From a virus, in the IMG/VR virus record IMGVR_UViG_3300031420_000003, positions 1-64,000 of that record: DNA of 64,000 bases, one strand, 5' to 3'. Under the pieces are notes generated by a model, which did no database searches, had not been told where the DNA came from, and worked only from the letters and a program-made list of their open reading frames with translations. Made by a program: the position numbers and the translations under genes. Shown one piece after another: positions 8,700 through 19,184 of the stretch (its first letter is position 1; each line of letters starts with the position of its first letter).

Positions 8700-8727
8700 G
8701 TACCCCCGACCTTTCGGCCGGGGGTAC
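8700..8727 (-). promoter_or_regulatory. 12-bp GAAA-tetraloop hairpin abutting the terL ribosome-binding site
   Basis: Minus strand GUACCCCCGGCC-GAAA-GGUCGGGGGUAC, then GGGAGG SD; no U-tract. Confidence 0.55.
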
Positions 8728-8737
8728 GCAGTTCTTT

Positions 8738-10381
8738 TTAATCGATGTGGTGTGCCAACATCGGGGTTGCCCCTAATTGCAGCTCATCAGTCGGAGTACG
8801 GCGCAGCCAACGAATCACCAGTGACGCATCCAGCCCCACTTTGTAGTTGATGACCTTCTTGCTCATCCAGTCGTCGATTTCGTAGGTGTAGATATTGCCC
8901 CCTACGTGAATCTGGAAATGGGTAGGCACCGGTGGGCCATCTTCGTTGCGACGATCGTACAGCGGGTACACAGGGTCGAACAGTGCCGCCAACCATTCTG
9001 CCTTCGAGGTCTTTTGACAAGACACATCGAGTTCAGAGTAGGTGACGTTGGAGTATTTAAACTCCGCCCAAATCTTCTCACCGTACTTCAGCCCGTTAGG
9101 CAGATACTCCAGTGTGAAGTTGGTGTCTTTCTCCGTACCCGGATTCATCAGCGTGACACTGAAGGATTGCGGGTGCGTGTACGGACGGTAGGCAGTGTTG
9201 ACCTTGCTGATGTCACATTGCACGTTAAGGCGTTGCTTCACCCCGTAGAGCGTTGGGTCAAACGACGAGCCCCCGGTGTAGGTGATTTGTGAGGTCGCAT
9301 CGTAAACTGTACCACGGGTCAGGTTGTACAACAGATACTGCAAGCGATAGCCGCGTGTGGAATCGAGCCACGTTGGAATCACAAACAGTTTCATGGAGTA
9401 GGCCCCATCGACCGCTTCGGTCACGGCGGTGTAATCTTTCACAATGGTTTTGCCATCGATAAGGTTATCACCCGCATACGACTCACCCTTCGCCAACTGG
9501 TAGCTTAACGTCAGTGGCAACTCGTTACCGGCGTTCGAGGAAATGTAGTACGTGTCGTGCGCACCAGAGTTACGCAGACCGTTCAGTTTCACACGAGAGC
9601 CATCCACAGCGAGTGTTTTTATCCCGTCGTTGTACTGCACCTCACACCACAGCGGGATGGATTCCAGTGGCATGTTAATCGGCAGCGTCAACACCGAGGA
9701 GTCATCACCCGAGATAAACGGACTCACCAGTTTGATGTTGAGCACAGTACGGGCTGGGGTTTCGAGTGCCATCACCAAGTTGGTCTTGACGATATACCCT
9801 GACCCCATCGCTACGCCGTTACCCACATCATCGTACACCACAAAGCTGAACATGTCACCGTGCTCAACCGCAGCCAGACAGGCACCCGGAAGGGCCTGCT
9901 TCACCGCCGTCTGTGCACCTTGGTTCGAAATCGCCTGCAGCGGCAGATAGGTTTTATCCAGTCGGCCATCTTTGTACGACCCGGAAAGGATTTCACCACT
10001 GTCGGTAATGTCCGTTCCACGGAAGATACGAATCCCTTCCAAGTCCGCCCCGTTCCATGTCACGTTCTTATCAAACGCTAAGGTTGCCGGGTTTTTGCTG
10101 GAGTCGACGTAGATGCGAAACTTATCCGAGCGCAGAGGATAATGCCCGCCCAGCGGTTTGCCGTCATTGACCAACGGAATCCCGTTTAACAGTTCCACCG
10201 TCCACGAAGGCACACTGTAGTTAACGGTGAGCACTTTATAAACGATGTTGGTGTCCGGGTGATAAATCCAGTCGGTTGGGTTCGGCACAAAGCCCGTTTG
10301 GGTAATATCGTTGTAAAGATCAGCGGCACCCCACGGACGCCAGCCGCGGTCCTTGTCGATAATGCCTGAAGATAAAGCCAT
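8738..10381 (-). CDS. Virion structural protein, probably baseplate (phiKZ gp26-like by synteny)
   Basis: Beta-rich 547 aa between terminase and sheath. Confidence 0.7.
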   Translation of the reverse strand: MALSSGIIDKDRGWRPWGAADLYNDITQTGFVPNPTDWIYHPDTNIVYKVLTVNYSVPSWTVELLNGIPLVNDGKPLGGHYPLRSDKFRIYVDSSKNPATLAFDKNVTWNGADLEGIRIFRGTDITDSGEILSGSYKDGRLDKTYLPLQAISNQGAQTAVKQALPGACLAAVEHGDMFSFVVYDDVGNGVAMGSGYIVKTNLVMALETPARTVLNIKLVSPFISGDDSSVLTLPINMPLESIPLWCEVQYNDGIKTLAVDGSRVKLNGLRNSGAHDTYYISSNAGNELPLTLSYQLAKGESYAGDNLIDGKTIVKDYTAVTEAVDGAYSMKLFVIPTWLDSTRGYRLQYLLYNLTRGTVYDATSQITYTGGSSFDPTLYGVKQRLNVQCDISKVNTAYRPYTHPQSFSVTLMNPGTEKDTNFTLEYLPNGLKYGEKIWAEFKYSNVTYSELDVSCQKTSKAEWLAALFDPVYPLYDRRNEDGPPVPTHFQIHVGGNIYTYEIDDWMSKKVINYKVGLDASLVIRWLRRTPTDELQLGATPMLAHHID

Positions 10382-10384
10382 GGC

Positions 10385-12901
10385 TTAGCCCTTGATTTTG
10401 AGATACTGGTTTAGCTGCACTTTGCCACGCAAGTAACGTTGGTTCACCCGGTCGGCAAACGCAAACATCAACTCATCCACTTCCATGACAGAATACTGGA
10501 TGTGTGGGTGCACCTTCACAAAGACCTCATCGTAGCCCACGTAAGCCGGGTCGAATTTCAGCAGGTAGTTATACCGCGTCATAATCTCATCGAGCTGTTG
10601 CGTGGAGATACGATAGTTCGGGTCATCCTCAACCAACGTGAGGGCACCGGACTTATGGTCCCAAAGTAGTTTGTTCAGCAATGGCGAGTACAGATGGTAC
10701 CAGTGCGGAATCTCCACCAACGGGTTTGGTGGTGGCGTTGGTAACTTCACTGAGAGGTAATCCTCCACAGCGCTGTCCAATGCCCGGGCTGCATCACGCA
10801 ACTCGTAGGTGTCGCCCACGACTGTATCCCGTAACGGAATCGTTGGGTCATCCACCGAGAACGGGAAACCGTCGGCCACGATATCGGAGCCGATAGAGGA
10901 GTCCTCGCGGAACACCACATCATCGCGCAGTAACAGACCGCCACCGGCCACAACACGAATCACTTTGTCATCACGCACATCGAAGTGGGAGTTGTTTGAG
11001 AAAAGCCCGTTGGCAACAAAGCCACATTTCGGAATCTTTAACTCGCCCGTTACCCCACGTGCACGAATCGAAATCCGGTTGCTGTCGCTGTCTGATGACC
11101 ACGACTTACACACCACCGCCACATCCGGCCAATGGGTCACGTAGTCAATCGAGTGCACCAGTGGGTGACCGTTTAACCACGCCTCGACCGTCTCCATCGG
11201 AATCCACAACGTCCGCGCATCGCCGTTCTGGTTCGTCGCTGTCACCGGCACACGAATCTCACCTTCCGTTAACTTCACGGTGGTTTCAAAGAACAGGTGC
11301 TGGTTGTCGTGAATCACTGTTGGGTGACGACGGGTGCGGTCAACCTTCCACGTAATCAGATTGCCATTACGGGTGTAGTCATCCCCTTCCACCGCAGCGT
11401 AGTAGTCATCGGTTGGCACATCGCTTTTCACGATGCGAATCCAAAGTCCCACGTTGTCACCATCAGCGATAGTGAAGTCCGGTGCGTTGTCCGTGATACT
11501 GACCGAGGTCCCGGCTGAGCCTGCGATCGCTTCCACGATGCGGGCTTTCGGGTTCTTGGCGTAATAGACACTGCCACCCTTGTGCGCCTGATAACCCAAC
11601 AGCAGCCCGTTGCCGTCGTACTCGTACACCGCGGACTCTTCGGCCAACAGTGCCGGGAGTTCACAGAACCAACCACGGGCGTCCAGTGACAGACGTTGCG
11701 GGGTGTCTGCGGCATAACGCGTAATGGCATTGTAGCCGTACGCCTTGGTGCAGAACTCACGGGTGATGTTACGCGGCTTCGCAGCGGCCAGTCGGTTTGC
11801 GTAAGACTGTTCGAGCTTCGAGGCCTGCCACGTCGGTAACGTCGCCTGCGCACCCACTAACGCCGCAATGATTTGGTCATCGCTCATTTTGTAGAGGTCG
11901 TGCACATGGTCGGTATTGAACAACGGCGGCAAGTCTAAGAAGTCGTCACGAATCAGCACCCGAATGGTGATGTCATCGATATCACTGACACCCGTGGAGT
12001 ACGAGTTCAGCAGCTGCGAGATACGCTCGGTTGGAATCGACAAGTCGTTCCACGTCAGGTTACGCACAGCCTGTTGACGGTGACGGTGGTAGTAACGCAC
12101 TTCGCGTTTGTACAGCACATGGATTTCGATGTCGTTGTTAAACGCCCACGTCCCGTTCTGTTTGGGTAAGTGCAAGAGATACTTACGCTTTCCATCCAGC
12201 TCCGAGATAAAGCTTGGCAGGTCGCCACAACGGAAATCCACCACGCGCTTGACACGACCGTCGATACGGATTTCAAAATCATCCCACAACGTCACATCCG
12301 AGGTCACCGGGTTATCAATGCACTTGCCGTTCACCCACAGCGTCACGTAACCTTTGGCGGTTGAACGAAGCAGTGAATAACGGTCAAACGCTTTCTGCCG
12401 GTTCTGCAGGGTGGAGATGCTGTGGTACTCAATACTGGTTGGGTTCACCAACGGGGCATTAGAGCCGCCGTCATAACCCGGATAAAAGCGCACGTACAGA
12501 CCGTCAGTCTCCAGCCACTTGTAACGGTCAGACTGGGGAATGGCCAGTAACACCGCACCGTTCGGGCGACGGTAGAAATACGCGTTGTGTGCCGGAATCG
12601 TGACACCCGCTTCGTTGTACAACAGAATGAATGCGCTAAAGACATTGATGCAGGTTGAGACGCGTTTCCACATCCCGGCCCCAATGGCCAGATTGCCGTA
12701 GCTCGGGTGCAGCTTTCCGATATGGAAAACGTGCCACCATGAACCTTGGTCTGGCATCGGGGTTAAGCCCCCGCCTTCACGCACAAAGTTAATCCCGCCC
12801 GTGACCGGAGTCAAACGGGCAGGGCGAACATTCAGTTGTCCATCGAGATACGGGCGCTGCCACGCATTTTGCGCTGCGTGGTGGACGAGCCATTTCTCCA
12901 T
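10385..12901 (-). CDS. Virion structural protein, probably baseplate (phiKZ gp27-like by synteny)
   Basis: 838 aa in the terminase-sheath block. Confidence 0.7.
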   Translation of the reverse strand: MEKWLVHHAAQNAWQRPYLDGQLNVRPARLTPVTGGINFVREGGGLTPMPDQGSWWHVFHIGKLHPSYGNLAIGAGMWKRVSTCINVFSAFILLYNEAGVTIPAHNAYFYRRPNGAVLLAIPQSDRYKWLETDGLYVRFYPGYDGGSNAPLVNPTSIEYHSISTLQNRQKAFDRYSLLRSTAKGYVTLWVNGKCIDNPVTSDVTLWDDFEIRIDGRVKRVVDFRCGDLPSFISELDGKRKYLLHLPKQNGTWAFNNDIEIHVLYKREVRYYHRHRQQAVRNLTWNDLSIPTERISQLLNSYSTGVSDIDDITIRVLIRDDFLDLPPLFNTDHVHDLYKMSDDQIIAALVGAQATLPTWQASKLEQSYANRLAAAKPRNITREFCTKAYGYNAITRYAADTPQRLSLDARGWFCELPALLAEESAVYEYDGNGLLLGYQAHKGGSVYYAKNPKARIVEAIAGSAGTSVSITDNAPDFTIADGDNVGLWIRIVKSDVPTDDYYAAVEGDDYTRNGNLITWKVDRTRRHPTVIHDNQHLFFETTVKLTEGEIRVPVTATNQNGDARTLWIPMETVEAWLNGHPLVHSIDYVTHWPDVAVVCKSWSSDSDSNRISIRARGVTGELKIPKCGFVANGLFSNNSHFDVRDDKVIRVVAGGGLLLRDDVVFREDSSIGSDIVADGFPFSVDDPTIPLRDTVVGDTYELRDAARALDSAVEDYLSVKLPTPPPNPLVEIPHWYHLYSPLLNKLLWDHKSGALTLVEDDPNYRISTQQLDEIMTRYNYLLKFDPAYVGYDEVFVKVHPHIQYSVMEVDELMFAFADRVNQRYLRGKVQLNQYLKIKG

Positions 12902-12911
12902 GACGTGCCTC

Positions 12912-13817
12912 TTACTGTATGTTGGTCGGTTTAGACGACTGGTTCAGAATCGTGTTGTAGGTAAAGAGGAACTTGTCCTTTTTCTTCGACACGTTGGTTT
13001 TCTTCACCACACCGCCCAAACGGGAGCGGTTGTACATGTTATGCTCTAAGCACGCTTTGATCATCACCAGCAGAGACGGCGGATATTCAATCGCACTCCA
13101 GCACAACTGTTTGTCGTAACTCACACCAAAGAAGCTGGTTGCCAGCGCTTGGTTCAGGGTTAAGACAGAGAAGTCGCTCAGGCGTGGCGTGATGTCTGCG
13201 GCCTTCAGGGTTTCCACAAACTCAGTGGCGTCGCGTGGGAACAGGTGCTCCGTATTCCCGGTCACCGACTCAAACAAGTTGAACGGAATCCCGAGGTCGC
13301 GGCTCATTAATTGCTGCAACCGGAACATCTGCGCATCGTCAGAAAAGTTGTTATAGAACTGCCCAACTGAGAACATTGCAGCCAAAGCTTGAACTTGCCC
13401 GCTTTGATATGGAGCGAGTGAAAATGCATGAGAGATTGTATCACTCACCCATTTACTGAAAACTTCATGGTGGTAGGGCAGTTGCGCCATGAGCGCACCC
13501 AACTTACCGTTGTTCCGTTTCCACACCAATTCCCAACGGGCCTGGTCGAGTCGCATAGCGTGCTCGATCGGGTTTCGAATTTTTAGCGCGCCGGTTTTAT
13601 CCAGCGTGGTAAATGTACGTGCATCTACATACACGTCATTCTCGATAATAATCGGGAGAGGAAACGGTGTCACATCGGCAGTCTCGACCACGTAGTGGAC
13701 TTCATCCGACTGCGCAACTGTTTGATTGAGTCCGCGTGCCAGAAGAATCTGGGCTTTGATTGACGTGATATCAAAGCTGCGAAAGATGTTGCCTGTGTAA
13801 GCGTTTTCGAGAGCCAT
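12912..13817 (-). CDS. Virion structural protein (phiKZ gp28-like by synteny)
   Basis: 301 aa, divergent from the sheath gene. Confidence 0.65.
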   Translation of the reverse strand: MALENAYTGNIFRSFDITSIKAQILLARGLNQTVAQSDEVHYVVETADVTPFPLPIIIENDVYVDARTFTTLDKTGALKIRNPIEHAMRLDQARWELVWKRNNGKLGALMAQLPYHHEVFSKWVSDTISHAFSLAPYQSGQVQALAAMFSVGQFYNNFSDDAQMFRLQQLMSRDLGIPFNLFESVTGNTEHLFPRDATEFVETLKAADITPRLSDFSVLTLNQALATSFFGVSYDKQLCWSAIEYPPSLLVMIKACLEHNMYNRSRLGGVVKKTNVSKKKDKFLFTYNTILNQSSKPTNIQ

Positions 13818-13876
13818 GGGTGATTACCTTAGTATGACCATCTGGTCTTTAAAGACGAATGTATGGAGAAGCGTCC

Positions 13877-15922
13877 ATGAGTATTTTTATTCCACGAAAC
13901 GGCGCGCCATTGAATAACAAGCAGGGGTGGCAGGATATCTCTGTCCTACCGCTTGTGCGGACACCAACCGGTGACCCGATTCATAAGCCGCTGATCTTCA
14001 CCTTCGCGCAGCGCAATGTGGACAACGAGGCGTTCCCGGTTGTCGGGGATAATGCTTTGTCTCTGTTCGGACGCAACCTGTTCGATTTGCGCAGTCCGTT
14101 CGTTACGTTCAACACCCCATTCATGGCGATGTTCAACGCTAACGCGAACGAGATGATGATGCAGCGTTTGGTGCCGGATGATGCCGCAACCGCAACGCAC
14201 CGCATGGTCGCCGACGTACTGGAAACGGAAGTTCCCAAATACGCGCGTGACGCCAACGGTGCAGTGCAGTACGGTGCTGACGGTAAACCGAAAGTAGATT
14301 CACAGGTCACGGGTCTGGACATTGTTTATCGCATTGTCGAAATCAGTGAACAAACCGGTGAATTCAAAAATGGTAAAGTCGTCGATGGCGATCGTACCGG
14401 TTCCGGCGGTCAGAAGTCCAAGCTTTATCCGATGTGGGACATCAAAGCCCCATATGCGGGCGCGGACGCGAATGGCTTCGGCTATAAACTCGTTCCGTTG
14501 CATGCCAAATCTTCACCGGCTCTGTCGGCGAAGTATCAAGAAGACGTTGGCGCGCGCGTGTTCAGCCTGCAGTTCTTCGAAACCCTGAAAGGGGTTACGT
14601 CTCCCGTTATCTGGAAGACAATCGCTGGACTCAGCAGCATCAACTTCAGCTTTATGCCTGATGCATATTATCAAGCGATGAAGCTGGACTTGGACTTCGC
14701 CAACGTTGTTGCGGATAGCTACCGTAACAAGCTGCCTGACTACGGCAACCTGCCGGATTACGGCCCGTTCGAAGAGTTCTACGTGTACCAAGAAAACATG
14801 GAAGCGATTCTGGACTTGGCCTTCGCGGCTGTGGGTCCGAAAGCGCCTAAGTCGAAATGGCTCGTGGACATCTTCGCAGGTTACGACCTGAACGGTGGTC
14901 TGTACGACGGCCTGCAGGTTAACTCTGCAACCGTGACCGGCAAAGCGATTCTGGGTGGCAGCAATATCCACTTCCTGTCTGGCGGTTCAGATGGCACCAT
15001 GAATGACGACGTCTATGACGAACTCGTCAGCCGTGAAATGCAGCTGTTCCCGGACGGCGGTAAAGTGCGCTACGACAATGAGTTGAAATACTCACTGGGC
15101 TTCCTCTGGGACTCCGGTTTCAGCATGGAAACCAAACAGTCGCTGTGTAACTTCCTCGGCGGTTCCCGTAATACCTTCTTGGCACTGTGTACGCACGTGC
15201 ACAACCAAGGTATCAACGACGACCAGACGGAAGAAGCCGCGAAGATTGCGCTGAACGAAATGATCACCTCCATCCCGGAATCCGATTTCTTCGGCACCCC
15301 GGCGGCGCGTGGTCTGATTGCAGGCCAGTCTGCCATCATCCGTAACTCCAGCTGGAAAAAGCGCGTGCCGATGCTCTACAGTATCGCAAGCTTCTTCTCC
15401 AAGTACATGGGTGCGGGCGACGGTATCTGTAAGACAGCAGCTCGCTTTAACCGCGGTTCCAAAACCGTGATTGAAGATTTGGCTGACCTGTCACAGCCGT
15501 GGAAGGGTAATGACGTGTACGCCTCCGACTGGGAAGCGAACCTCATCACCGCGCGTAGCTTCGACTACTACCGTCTGTTCATTCCGGCGATTCAGTCTAT
15601 CTACAGCGAAGACCGTTCCGTTCTGAACAACGCAATGTTCAACGCCGCGATGACCTACGTCTACCGCGTTTCGGATCGTGTATGGGCCGACACCACTGGT
15701 GAAGACCGCATGACCCGTGACGAAGTAGCGAAGGATGTTGAAAACAACATCATTGCTCGTTTAGCAGGTCGTCTGGATGGTATCGCTGATATCACGCCAA
15801 AAGCCTACTTCACAGCAGAAGACATCGCGAACGGGTACTCAATCACACTGGACCTGAACTGTGCCGGCGGTGTATTGCTGACTCAATTCAACACCACTAT
15901 CAAAGTGACACGTCGGGGGTGA
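13877..15922 (+). CDS. Contractile tail sheath protein (phiKZ gp29-like)
   Basis: ~680 aa; LSGGSDG and WDSGF sheath-like motifs; followed by a tube-sized gene; GGAG SD favours the 13877 start. Confidence 0.85.
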   Translation: MSIFIPRNGAPLNNKQGWQDISVLPLVRTPTGDPIHKPLIFTFAQRNVDNEAFPVVGDNALSLFGRNLFDLRSPFVTFNTPFMAMFNANANEMMMQRLVPDDAATATHRMVADVLETEVPKYARDANGAVQYGADGKPKVDSQVTGLDIVYRIVEISEQTGEFKNGKVVDGDRTGSGGQKSKLYPMWDIKAPYAGADANGFGYKLVPLHAKSSPALSAKYQEDVGARVFSLQFFETLKGVTSPVIWKTIAGLSSINFSFMPDAYYQAMKLDLDFANVVADSYRNKLPDYGNLPDYGPFEEFYVYQENMEAILDLAFAAVGPKAPKSKWLVDIFAGYDLNGGLYDGLQVNSATVTGKAILGGSNIHFLSGGSDGTMNDDVYDELVSREMQLFPDGGKVRYDNELKYSLGFLWDSGFSMETKQSLCNFLGGSRNTFLALCTHVHNQGINDDQTEEAAKIALNEMITSIPESDFFGTPAARGLIAGQSAIIRNSSWKKRVPMLYSIASFFSKYMGAGDGICKTAARFNRGSKTVIEDLADLSQPWKGNDVYASDWEANLITARSFDYYRLFIPAIQSIYSEDRSVLNNAMFNAAMTYVYRVSDRVWADTTGEDRMTRDEVAKDVENNIIARLAGRLDGIADITPKAYFTAEDIANGYSITLDLNCAGGVLLTQFNTTIKVTRRG

Positions 15923-15928
15923 TAGAAC

Positions 15929-16807
15929 ATGGCACTTGTTGAACGTTTGGTCCTTCCTGACCAAGGCCTGCATGTCGACGGCGGTAAATACGACATGGTC
16001 AACCCATTCTCCTCGGCCCAGAACGGCCCGGTTGGACAGGTTGGTAAGTTTGTTACGAACGCCCACCGTCTGCGTCGTAACGTCATCGCCCGTGTGATGG
16101 AATACCCGAAATGGGTGGACTACATGCCGAACCCCGCTATCTGGCGTCAGGCAATCAAGTCTTTCATTGAGGTGCACTCCACCATCTCTGGTCTGGACAA
16201 GACCCTGAGCCACGAAGCGGTGCAAACCCAGCAGGGCCGTAACAACCGTATCCAGTATGAAGCGGGTATGGTTACCGAAGCTATCTCAGCTGTGACGCAC
16301 ACCACGCCGGATAAACACGGTAAGGTGTTCCAGAACATGCTGTGGGCGTGGCTGACGTACGGCATCATGGACAAGGACACAGGGCACCCGGGGATTGCTG
16401 CAATCAACCCGAACGTGCCTGACTTCCTGCCGGACATGTATAGCATGACTGTGCTGTATATCGAACCGGATGCGTACCAGCGCAAAGCACAGAACGCCTT
16501 CTGGCTCACCAACATGATTCCAGAAGCGGCCGGTCAGGATACGGGCGACCGTGATCCGAACACCGGTCCACAGACCAACGAACTGTCTATCTCCTTCACC
16601 TCCCAGCAATGGACAGGTTGGGGTGCGATGCAGGCGGCGGATGTGGAACTGGATCGCATGAAGCTGTACGGCCTGCGTCCTTATTCTCGTAAGCTCTGGC
16701 TGACCCCGTCTCAGCAGACTGATGGCATCAACCCAGACGTTAATGCAACGCCGGGTGGCTACCGCTCTGTTTCTGACGAGTTCATGACCAACCAGCTGAA
16801 CGGCTAA
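15929..16807 (+). CDS. Tail tube protein (phiKZ gp30-like)
   Basis: 292 aa immediately after the sheath gene. Confidence 0.8.
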   Translation: MALVERLVLPDQGLHVDGGKYDMVNPFSSAQNGPVGQVGKFVTNAHRLRRNVIARVMEYPKWVDYMPNPAIWRQAIKSFIEVHSTISGLDKTLSHEAVQTQQGRNNRIQYEAGMVTEAISAVTHTTPDKHGKVFQNMLWAWLTYGIMDKDTGHPGIAAINPNVPDFLPDMYSMTVLYIEPDAYQRKAQNAFWLTNMIPEAAGQDTGDRDPNTGPQTNELSISFTSQQWTGWGAMQAADVELDRMKLYGLRPYSRKLWLTPSQQTDGINPDVNATPGGYRSVSDEFMTNQLNG

Positions 16808-16824
16808 GGCAAAAAAATTAAGTG

Positions 16825-16860
16825 AAGTACCCCACTCATCAGAGTGGGGTTACTTTTATT
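16825..16860. terminator. Bidirectional terminator (conserved family)
   Basis: aagtaccccactc-atca-gagtggggttacttttatt with an upstream A7. Confidence 0.8.
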
Positions 16861-17353
16861 CTTTTTTGTCTTCCATCACTTTCGCTTGGACAAGCATCCA
16901 GCGAGCACGCTGCAAGAACAGATACGTGACCAGTGCGTTGTAGTCACTGGGTGGCGCGTAGTCTTCGGGCTTACCGGTGGCACTGTAGGCGAGCAACCAG
17001 AGAGACAGCGCTTCACGTGCTGAGTCGGTAGGTGCCTGCACCAAATTACCTTTGATGACTTCGGCCTGCAGTTCATCCAACAGTGCAGTACCGAATTCAA
17101 CCTTCAGTTGCGCAGTCAGGTTAATCAGGAAGCCGGCCAACACGCTGGACTTGTTGTCGGACTGACGCTGTTCATCGAGGAAGCGCTGATAGCCGTTCGT
17201 GGTGTGGGGAATCAGTTCGGCTGCAAAGTTGGTGGTGCCGGTAAACGCCGCTTCACTTTCCGCGGTGAGTTTGTAGGCAGCAACGTACATGTCTACGATG
17301 GCAAACATGTCTTGCATAAAGTTCTTACGGAATTCAGGATTCTTCAGATTCAT
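16856..17353 (-). CDS. Hypothetical protein
   Basis: ORF 16856..17389; probable start at MNLKN. Confidence 0.7.
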   Translation of the reverse strand: MNLKNPEFRKNFMQDMFAIVDMYVAAYKLTAESEAAFTGTTNFAAELIPHTTNGYQRFLDEQRQSDNKSSVLAGFLINLTAQLKVEFGTALLDELQAEVIKGNLVQAPTDSAREALSLWLLAYSATGKPEDYAPPSDYNALVTYLFLQRARWMLVQAKVMEDKKE

Positions 17354-17621
17354 TACTGGTGCCTTTTTTGGCCGTGAAGTACGACACACGCATCTCAGTG
17401 TACGGCACTTTCTCCGTCATCTTCATTTTGATCGTGTGCGAGTGGAAGTCATAGAATTCCAATGGAATACGGTTCTCCCGGAATTCAAAGCTGATACCTA
17501 CCTCAACGATGGCCCCCAATGGAAATTTCACTGGGTGGTTTTCTAAGATGTTCAGTACCGCTTGTGCAACAGGCTCTGGCGGCATGCTATGAATTTGTTC
17601 AATGGTTCCCAGATTGGGCAT
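17334..17621 (-). CDS. Hypothetical protein
   Basis: GAGG SD before MPNLG. Confidence 0.6.
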   Translation of the reverse strand: MPNLGTIEQIHSMPPEPVAQAVLNILENHPVKFPLGAIVEVGISFEFRENRIPLEFYDFHSHTIKMKMTEKVPYTEMRVSYFTAKKGTSNESEES

Positions 17622-17682
17622 GGTAAGTTCCTCGGACGCTGTGTGTGGTTCGCTACACATGTATAGGTTAACGTGTAAAAAC

Positions 17683-17711
17683 AAAAAAAAGAAGGGAGAC
17701 CGAAGTCTCCC
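17683..17711 (-). terminator. Intrinsic terminator
   Basis: gggagac-cgaa-gtctccc (UUCG loop on the minus strand) plus U8. Confidence 0.8.
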
Positions 17712-17717
17712 AGCGAT

Positions 17718-18374
17718 TTACAGAACTGGATTCGGCTCCCACGTCAGGTGTATCTCGCAATTCTTGAAGGTTCCACCAAACGCCGCCGGTGAAAGAAGCA
17801 GGGTGTGCGTCCTGCGATTCGAACCAATCAAATTCAACACCCGCTCAGGAAGTGGCTCGAAGTGTACCCATGCTGCCAGCGGGATGATAGAGTGCATGGA
17901 ATCGCTCAGATAAAGAATCTCTCGCCAGACCTCATTCATTAACGGGTCACGGCTTTTGAGCATCGAACTTATCTTGATGGGAAAGCCATGGTCATCGACT
18001 TCAATATCCGTAAGACCATTCGGGTCACGTAACACCACATTGTTCTCGATAATCCGACCGTTGCCATTATCAAAACTGACGTAGTCTGATCCCGGCGTAT
18101 AACTGGCCCCATTTTTTGGTGCCAAGAAATTGAGGTAGATGCACGGGTAGTCCAACCCAAGCTGATGGGGAACCGTAAACATCAGTTCGTGAACGTCCGC
18201 ATCCTCAGAGGCAGTAAGCCCTTTTAATTTCTCGGCACTGATAATGGTTGAGCTAGGGTAACGCGCAGGGTGCGCATCCGCCCGGTCACAAATAAGGGAC
18301 AGTATAGATTTGGCTTTTGGACTTTCACCAGCCGCAAGAATAAGCTCACGCAGCGTGGTAGGTAAGGTAAACAT
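17718..18374 (-). CDS. Hypothetical protein (218 aa)
   Basis: GGGAG SD; bracketed by terminators. Confidence 0.75.
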   Translation of the reverse strand: MFTLPTTLRELILAAGESPKAKSILSLICDRADAHPARYPSSTIISAEKLKGLTASEDADVHELMFTVPHQLGLDYPCIYLNFLAPKNGASYTPGSDYVSFDNGNGRIIENNVVLRDPNGLTDIEVDDHGFPIKISSMLKSRDPLMNEVWREILYLSDSMHSIIPLAAWVHFEPLPERVLNLIGSNRRTHTLLLSPAAFGGTFKNCEIHLTWEPNPVL

Positions 18375-18387
18375 AAACGTCTCCCAG

Positions 18388-18417
18388 AAAAAAAGAAAGC
18401 CCCTACCGAAGTAGGGG
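18388..18417 (-). terminator. Intrinsic terminator
   Basis: cccctac-cgaa-gtagggg plus U-tract; same core as the 45746-45767 hairpin. Confidence 0.8.
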
Positions 18418-18424
18418 ATTTGTA

Positions 18425-18619
18425 TTAGCGTGGTCGACGCTGCTTCGGAACCGGATACGGAACCTCGGGCACGTCGTACGGTGGTCGTTGAATGGTAATC
18501 GTCATCCCCAGTTCTTCAGGGGGTGCGATGGTGCCATCTTTTCGTATCGCACTGAAAGGATGGACATTCGGGTGAGATTCAATTGTCACCCGAGCGGCAA
18601 AGCGGTTACTACTCTTCAT
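18425..18619 (-). CDS. Small hypothetical protein (64 aa)
   Basis: Overlaps the stop of the upstream gene and ends at a terminator. Confidence 0.5.
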   Translation of the reverse strand: MKSSNRFAARVTIESHPNVHPFSAIRKDGTIAPPEELGMTITIQRPPYDVPEVPYPVPKQRRPR

Positions 18620-19118
18620 CTTCAGTTTCGAAGAATGATTTACCGAAGTCTTTGCGGACTTTGCCTTCCAGCGATTTCATTTTCGGCGTGCTGTAGCCAA
18701 AGCCGATTGAAGACGCCCACTCTTTCTCAGTTGGGGTCTCACCGGTTGGGCGCGCGAACACAGTAGAGAAGTCAGCGTTACCGACGTTCACGGTCAGATC
18801 CATCTGCGCCACATCAGCGTTGTCTTTGACGTGCTGAGCGATAACCGGCGCAACGATAGAACCCAGTGCTTCACCGAAGTTCGCATCGTGCTTACGGAAG
18901 CCGTCCATATCGGTCGGAGTTACCTGATAGCTCAGCTTGCCTTTGTGGTCTTCCGGCACGTCCAGCGTCAGGGTCGGCAGGGTCGCAGCGTACGCTTCGT
19001 TGACACGGTCTTTCACCGCACCTTCGAGGCCGTTGCTTTCGTTGATGGTAATAATGCTTTCGCCTTCTGGAGACAGAGCGGCAACGAGGTCTTTCAGTGA
19101 GTGCAGTTTAACGGTCAT
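18609..19118 (-). CDS. Hypothetical acidic protein (169 aa), probably early
   Basis: AAGGA SD; directly downstream of a promoter motif. Confidence 0.8.
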   Translation of the reverse strand: MTVKLHSLKDLVAALSPEGESIITINESNGLEGAVKDRVNEAYAATLPTLTLDVPEDHKGKLSYQVTPTDMDGFRKHDANFGEALGSIVAPVIAQHVKDNADVAQMDLTVNVGNADFSTVFARPTGETPTEKEWASSIGFGYSTPKMKSLEGKVRKDFGKSFFETEDEE

Positions 19119-19154
19119 TCTTTAATCCTTACAATGGGTTAATGGGTAGTAGTT

Positions 19155-19173
19155 CACGGAAATAATATCTATC
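19155..19173 (-). promoter_or_regulatory. Phage promoter motif GATAGATATTAT-N4-GTG
   Basis: Exact copy of the motif. Confidence 0.7.
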
Positions 19174-19184
19174 CCTTTTTATTT

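Noticed and set aside
13830-13866. TATG late-promoter cores upstream of the sheath gene and at ~54007
   Set aside because: Plausible, but a 4-nt motif cannot be called from sequence alone without TSS data
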